Below, in pieces: positions 24,810-30,231 of a DNA stretch of 30,231 bases; the stretch's first letter is position 1, and the number at the start of each line of letters is the position of its first letter. The notes under the pieces were generated by a model. It did not search any database, was not told the origin of the DNA, and saw only the letters and a list, made by a program, of their open reading frames with translations. Both the position numbers and the translations under genes were made by a program. This DNA comes from a virus (lineage: Duplodnaviria > Caudoviricetes): positions 1 through 30,231 of IMG/VR virus record IMGVR_UViG_3300030372_003985, one strand, 5' to 3'.

Positions 24810-24924
24810 ATTTTCTTTTTCCAGTGATTTATTTATTTCAAACGTATCTTTATTTTTTCCCTCAATCCTTTGACAATCTTCTTAATGAAAAATGGTATAT
24901 AAGAATGAGATCAAGGATTGAAAA

Positions 24925-25272
24925 ATGGATAGTGAATTATTAAAATATGCTCTTGATTTTGGTACAATGGGCATCATGGCCTACATCTTCTTTTGGTTGT
25001 ACTTGAGGCAACAAAAAAAGATCGATGAGATGCTTGTTAACCAAAAAGAAGAAGAAGATCGAATTCGAAATCGCTGGTCTGCGGTTATAGAAAAATACGA
25101 CAAAGAGAAAGACGAGTTGATTAAGGAACGTTTGGAATCACTGGTCAAATTAAAGAATGAAGTATATAATCTGAAAGAGATTAACGAGAAGCAAGACAAG
25201 CAACTCTTTCAAGCAATTGAAGAGCTTAAACTTCTCAAAACAGAAATACAAATACTGAACAGGGAAAAGTAA
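24925..25272 (+). CDS. Single-TM coiled-coil protein, BhlA/UviB-like holin candidate
   Basis: FGTMGIMAYIFFWLYL TM segment followed by a long coiled coil; AAGGA RBS. Confidence 0.5.
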   Translation: MDSELLKYALDFGTMGIMAYIFFWLYLRQQKKIDEMLVNQKEEEDRIRNRWSAVIEKYDKEKDELIKERLESLVKLKNEVYNLKEINEKQDKQLFQAIEELKLLKTEIQILNREK

Positions 25273-25273
25273 T

Positions 25274-27325
25274 ATGTCTATCTGGAAAACCTTTACCAGT
25301 TTCTTCACAAGATCAGCCAAGATTGAGATGAAACCAGAGAAAGAAAATCTTGGAGCATCATGGGGTTCTTCTCCAAATGGAGTGCAAGCACCTTTTCCAC
25401 CAAAAGAATCTTTGAACGCATATTCAGAACATGCTTATCTTTATGCAGCCGTGACAAGAGTATCTGAAGATCTTGCAGCGTTGCCTTTGGTTCTTACAAA
25501 AGGAAAAGGGAAGAACAAGCAGATTATTACCGATCATCCTGTTCTTGACCTACTGAAACAACCCTCTTCAAATGTTGATGGTTATCTCTTTCGTCAACAG
25601 GTGGTCATGGATCTAATTTTGAATGGGACTTTCTGGATTCTGAAATTGGGAAAATCTGAAATACCAACTTCATTGATTAGACTTCATCCAGAAGAAACCA
25701 AGTTCAAGACAGACGATAAAAAAGGATTGGTTGGGGTAATAAATAATAGTTATGGTCAATCAGTTGAGTATCCGATCGATCGTGTTCTTCTTGGTCGTGG
25801 TCCTACTTATTCAAAAGGTCCACAATCAAATTATGGAACACCAGTTGTTCAGCCTTTGTATCAGGAACTTCTTGCAGACGTAAACGCTATGATGCTTGCC
25901 AGTACTTCAAGCAAGTCCGGTAGACCAGATGTTGTAATTTCTCCAAAGTCAGAAGATGACATTTGGCCAAAACAAACAAGAGACGAAATAATCAATAGCT
26001 ATCAATCAATGGCAAAGGCTGGTGGTGTGATTGCTTTGAGTGGCCAAGCAAATATCGATATGTTGAATTTAAAACCAAAAGACATGGAGTACAAAGAAAG
26101 TCGTGTGTTTGCTCGTCAATCTATATCCGCAGCAATTGGAATTTCGCCTTCCGTTCTTGGTTTGCCTTCTGCAAATTATGCAACTGCTCTGGAGCAAAGG
26201 AAAACATACTGGACCAATCAAATGATGAAGGCCCGAAAGATTGATGTTGTGTTTACACAGTTGGCGAAGTTGTGGGATCCGTCTTTTGAAATCTATCATT
26301 CATTTGCAGACATTGAAGCACTACAAAATAGGGATCAAGCACTTCAAAGAATTAAGCTACATATTGAAAATGGCATGAGTGTTTCAGATGCTTATAGTTA
26401 TGAAGGTTTGGAAGATGCACCTTTTGGTCAAATGGAAGAGCCCGAACCAAAACCAATTGATGAGGAAAGTAAGAATATTCTCTTGCAATTAATTACGAAA
26501 AATAGCGAGGAACGTGATCTGAAGTGGAGATCATGGATTGAAGAAAGACAAGGACCAGCAGAAAAGCAGTTTTTGGATGCTTCTAATTTATACCTTTCCA
26601 AAAGTAAAAAGTTAGTTCTGAAAAAATTTAATCAACTGAAAACAAAATCACTGATAACGATCCACGGTGATCCTCTTCAGTATTTCGAACGTGACATATC
26701 GCTTACAACAGACATGATCACACCAGAGGAAAAAAGAGAAATCCTTCAAGATACAATGGGTCGAGTGTTTGAACAGCAATTCAACCAAACCAATGAAAAG
26801 GAACTTGTAAGCATCTACCAGAAAGCAAGAAGGGATCTTGATATTGCTCCAACCACAAACCCGAAAGTAATTGGTAACTTTCTTGAAACCATGAATAACA
26901 ACTTGATGAGAACAACGATCAAAGAAGTGAACAAGGTGATCAACAAAGGAATTGGTGAAGGTCTTTCAGTCAGTGAAATCAGATCCAATATTAACAACTC
27001 CAAAGTGTTTGATGTTGGAAGAGCAAAAAGAATAGCGAGAACTGAAGCAACAAAATGTATCAATGCAGCGCAACTGAATGCAATGAACCAAGCAGAGAAT
27101 GATGGAATACCAATACAGAAAGAATGGATCAGTGAAAGAGATGATTCTGTTCGTGAAGCCCATGCAGAACTTGATGGTCAAGTTGTGAACGTCAATCAAA
27201 ACTTTATTGTTCCAGCTGGAGAATATGCAGGTGAACAAACCATGACCCCTTGTCAATTTGGTATTGAGTCTCTAGATGTCAATTGCCGTTGTGTCGTTGT
27301 TTCAGATGTTCAGATTCAAGAATAA
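25274..27325 (+). CDS. HK97-type portal fused to a MuF/SPP1-gp7 head morphogenesis domain
   Basis: YAAVTRVSEDLAALP, LLKQP, DLILNG and IGISPSVLG (portal). RIARTE, KEWISERDDSVREAH and NCRC (MuF). Confidence 0.9.
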   Translation: MSIWKTFTSFFTRSAKIEMKPEKENLGASWGSSPNGVQAPFPPKESLNAYSEHAYLYAAVTRVSEDLAALPLVLTKGKGKNKQIITDHPVLDLLKQPSSNVDGYLFRQQVVMDLILNGTFWILKLGKSEIPTSLIRLHPEETKFKTDDKKGLVGVINNSYGQSVEYPIDRVLLGRGPTYSKGPQSNYGTPVVQPLYQELLADVNAMMLASTSSKSGRPDVVISPKSEDDIWPKQTRDEIINSYQSMAKAGGVIALSGQANIDMLNLKPKDMEYKESRVFARQSISAAIGISPSVLGLPSANYATALEQRKTYWTNQMMKARKIDVVFTQLAKLWDPSFEIYHSFADIEALQNRDQALQRIKLHIENGMSVSDAYSYEGLEDAPFGQMEEPEPKPIDEESKNILLQLITKNSEERDLKWRSWIEERQGPAEKQFLDASNLYLSKSKKLVLKKFNQLKTKSLITIHGDPLQYFERDISLTTDMITPEEKREILQDTMGRVFEQQFNQTNEKELVSIYQKARRDLDIAPTTNPKVIGNFLETMNNNLMRTTIKEVNKVINKGIGEGLSVSEIRSNINNSKVFDVGRAKRIARTEATKCINAAQLNAMNQAENDGIPIQKEWISERDDSVREAHAELDGQVVNVNQNFIVPAGEYAGEQTMTPCQFGIESLDVNCRCVVVSDVQIQE

Positions 27326-27391
27326 TATTTTGATATTATATTTTATTTGATATTTATTTATTTATTTGGTATTAAGTAGTAGGGGATAAAC

Positions 27392-28585
27392 ATGCAATTC
27401 AAGCAGATCCAGATCAAAAAGTACTCCAAGCAACAAGATGATAAAGTTACTTTTATCGCTTCAACTGATGATGTTGATCGGTATTCAGATATCATAGATC
27501 AAGATTCTTGGTTGTTGGAGAACTATAAGAACAACCCGGTTATTCTTTTCAATCACAACTCTCAATCTTTACCAATTGGAAGGGGTCATCCAAGAATAGA
27601 GAATGGTAAATTGATGATTGATGTTGAGTTTGATATGGAAGATGAACTTGGCGCAAAGATTGCAAACAAAGTCAAGAATGGATTTATGAATGCTGTTTCA
27701 GTTGGCTTCAATCCAAAGAAGGCAATTGAGAGAAGCGATCTTCCAACTGAACACAAATATTATGGTGAACGAGGAATGTTCTTTCAAGAATCCGAATTGT
27801 TAGAAGTCTCAGTTGTAACCATACCAGCAAATGCCTCAGCGATTGCAGCCAAGAATTTAAACCTTGAATTACTCATTGCAAAGTTGTTTGATATGACAAA
27901 GAAAGAATATATGGAAGATGAAAAAGAAGAACCAAAGGAAAAGGCGGTTCTTGAATTAGATGAAGATCAGATCTTACTCGTCAAAGATATAATTGCTGGT
28001 TTGCGCTCTGCGGTTGAGATGCACCAGAAACAAGCCGATCTACTTCAAGACATGATCGATATGAAACAACCAGAAGAAGAATCTGATTATGATGAAGATG
28101 AAGATACTGAAGAAGAAAAGTATCATGATGAAGAAGACGAAAAAGAAGACAAGTATCTTATCAAGAAAACCGACTTCCCAAAGAAGGGCGATGATGAAAA
28201 GATAAGCATGCGAAATTCAAACCACAAAAGCTTTCCTTTAGATTATGCAAAAAGAATCAGAGAAGACTATCCTGAGATTTGGCGCAAAGGTGGAAACATT
28301 AAAGGGAATGCACAGTTTGCGATCTTGTCAAAGATTCAAGATGAGAACAATGGTGTTCCAAAGACCAAGAGCCAAGAAGATGCAATCAAGTTGCGTGAAG
28401 CATGGGCGGCAAGGCACAAAGAAGATTTTCTTTTGGCTGGTGTAGTGGCACAAATGAAATGGTTAGTTATTGGTTCTCGTGGGTTGTCTCATATGAAAGA
28501 AGTGATCAACGAAGAGATCAAAAAGCAGAATGATAAAAGTTTAAACCAAGCCTTATTGGCTGAACTACTCAACAATGGAGAATAA
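27392..28585 (+). CDS. HK97-type prohead protease with acidic linker and extra C-terminal domain
   Basis: LFNHN, AVSVGF and LLEVSVVTIPAN motifs. Confidence 0.9.
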   Translation: MQFKQIQIKKYSKQQDDKVTFIASTDDVDRYSDIIDQDSWLLENYKNNPVILFNHNSQSLPIGRGHPRIENGKLMIDVEFDMEDELGAKIANKVKNGFMNAVSVGFNPKKAIERSDLPTEHKYYGERGMFFQESELLEVSVVTIPANASAIAAKNLNLELLIAKLFDMTKKEYMEDEKEEPKEKAVLELDEDQILLVKDIIAGLRSAVEMHQKQADLLQDMIDMKQPEEESDYDEDEDTEEEKYHDEEDEKEDKYLIKKTDFPKKGDDEKISMRNSNHKSFPLDYAKRIREDYPEIWRKGGNIKGNAQFAILSKIQDENNGVPKTKSQEDAIKLREAWAARHKEDFLLAGVVAQMKWLVIGSRGLSHMKEVINEEIKKQNDKSLNQALLAELLNNGE

Positions 28586-28589
28586 AATC

Positions 28590-30053
28590 ATGTCAAATGA
28601 TAAATTGGCCAATGAAGCCCGACAAATAATTGACGGTATCCGCCGACACCAGGTAAGCAGCGAGAACAAACTTTCTAATGTAGAAAAGCAAGTTGCAGAT
28701 CTTAAAACAGCCGTTCAGAAAATGACTGAAGCCCAAGAAAAGCCAGTTGTTATTGAAGGTCAAGATGATGACTTAAAAAAGTTTATCCGTAAAGATGGAA
28801 CACTTCGATTAATGACTGAAAAGTCTAGCGTTAATGTTGCTGGTTACGGAATGGTTAATATCACTGAAAAAGGTATTTTGGATACTGATAAAAACTTCAG
28901 TAACTGGCATAAAGAGTTTAAAGATCTATGTGCTACAAAAGCATTCTTGAAAACCTTGGTAACTGATACGCCAAAGACTGATGCAAAGATTATCCGTCAT
29001 TTAGAAGGTGCTCCAAGATTTATGCAACCAGTTATTCAAAAAAGCCTTTATGATAGTGCTGGAGTTGGTGCTGAGTTTGTTCCAGATGAATTCCGTGATG
29101 CCTTATATAGTCAATTCGTTACTCCTTCTCGATTGGCTGATATGTTTGAAAAGGTTCCTGTGGAAAGAAACACTGTATTGATTCCAAGATTGAATTATGG
29201 TGGTCGACCTTTTAAACGTGGATCAGTTACTTCTGATACTCCACATGCTGATGCTTTCCGGGCTTCAACTCCACAAACAGCCCAAGCAAGTATTTCAATA
29301 TCTGGTTTTGCAACTCGTTACCGTGTTGATATGGACCTAGTGGAAGACTCAGCCTTGCCTCTTATCAGTACTTTATCCCAACAAATCTATAACGATCTTG
29401 TTGATGCTGAGGAAGATTGCATAATCAATGGTGATACTCGAAACTTTGCCGCTTCTCAAGACCCCGGAAGAAACAACTGGGACCCACGTGGTCGTTGGGC
29501 TGGTGGAACCTTCCTTGATGGTTCAGATCATCGACAAGTTTTTGATGGTTTAAGACGTTATTCAACATTAAAAACAACAAAATACGATATTAACGGTGCT
29601 CTAACCGCAGCCAAGATTCTTGAACAGATGGCTACTCTTGGTGAGATGGCTGCTCAAGATCTTGTATTAATTACTTCTCCGGAAATGTTTGTTGATCAAA
29701 TTTTACCATTAGATCAAGTGTTGACTTTAGATAAGTATGGTCCAGCCGCTACAATATTGAACGGTTCTTTGGCTTCTATCTTTGGAATGCCCATTGTTCT
29801 TAGTCGTTATGTTGATATTAAATATAATGCTGGTGGTGGTTATGACCATGTAACAACAGATCGATCTGGAATCTTAATTGCAAATATGTCTTCTTACAAG
29901 TTGTACGAGAAACAAGGAATTGCAATTGAAACAGCACGAGAGCCAGCATCCGGAGCGATGGAAATTGTTTCTACTCTTCGTCGGGTCTTGAATTCTCCAG
30001 ATCAATCAACAGCCAAGAATGTTTCTTGGGGTTATAACACTGTAACATTCTAA
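28590..30053 (+). CDS. Major capsid protein (HK97 fold)
   Basis: N-terminal coiled coil, GAEFVPDEF, INGD and SIFGMPIV motifs. ATG 28590 has a GGAG RBS; 28575 is the alternative start. Confidence 0.92.
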   Translation: MSNDKLANEARQIIDGIRRHQVSSENKLSNVEKQVADLKTAVQKMTEAQEKPVVIEGQDDDLKKFIRKDGTLRLMTEKSSVNVAGYGMVNITEKGILDTDKNFSNWHKEFKDLCATKAFLKTLVTDTPKTDAKIIRHLEGAPRFMQPVIQKSLYDSAGVGAEFVPDEFRDALYSQFVTPSRLADMFEKVPVERNTVLIPRLNYGGRPFKRGSVTSDTPHADAFRASTPQTAQASISISGFATRYRVDMDLVEDSALPLISTLSQQIYNDLVDAEEDCIINGDTRNFAASQDPGRNNWDPRGRWAGGTFLDGSDHRQVFDGLRRYSTLKTTKYDINGALTAAKILEQMATLGEMAAQDLVLITSPEMFVDQILPLDQVLTLDKYGPAATILNGSLASIFGMPIVLSRYVDIKYNAGGGYDHVTTDRSGILIANMSSYKLYEKQGIAIETAREPASGAMEIVSTLRRVLNSPDQSTAKNVSWGYNTVTF

Positions 30054-30057
30054 AATT

Positions 30058-30231
30058 ATGGCTTTAGTTAGTGCATCAACATTAAGAGAATACTTACCTG
30101 AGATCGCTGGTAACACAGCGATCGATGGTGAGCTTAATTCCTTGATATCAAGAGTGGAGAAAGGGATCGCAAACTTCTTAGGTTTTCCCTACAATGAATC
30201 CTTGCTTTCGCCTACACTTGAATCAACGACA
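30058..30231 (+). CDS. Head-tail connector, 5' part (continues across the junction to 537)
   Basis: ATG 30058 gives MALVSASTLREYLPEIAGNTAIDGE, in frame with position 1. Confidence 0.85.
   Translation, partial: MALVSASTLREYLPEIAGNTAIDGELNSLISRVEKGIANFLGFPYNESLLSPTLESTT
30133..30231. repeat. Terminal direct repeat copy 2
   Basis: Identical to 1-99. Confidence 0.97.

Noticed and set aside
24870-24901. Sigma70 promoter for the head operon (TTGACA at 24870)
   Set aside because: The best -10-like hexamer is 20 nt away, outside normal spacing, so it is unsupported though not excluded.
1-30231. Alternative genetic code
   Set aside because: Genes tile densely under the standard code, and TAA, TAG and TGA all occur at gene boundaries.

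Overview
This is a complete, circularly assembled genome of an AT-rich siphovirus-type tailed phage. The unique length is 30,132 bp, because 1-99 is identical to 30133-30231. It encodes an HK97-type head module (terS, terL, portal fused to a MuF/SPP1-gp7 domain, prohead protease, major capsid) and a non-contractile tail module. It also has a minus-strand amidase endolysin, a separate minus-strand fibre operon, small moron-like cassettes with shared promoters and hairpins, and a DNA-modification block (ParB-like gene, Mom-family adenine modifier, TerS-N/ParB/DNA-methyltransferase chimera). I recognised no integrase, polymerase, primase or helicase. The top signal is a 72-nt non-canonical tRNA-Gly-like element (ACC anticodon, U73, CCA end) inside the 3' end of the Mom-family gene, possibly a dedicated glycyl donor for DNA hypermodification. 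The second is a prfB/RF2-type +1 frameshift cassette (AGGAGG-TCA-CTT-TGA) in the tail assembly chaperone. All family calls come from motif recognition by eye; no searches were run.
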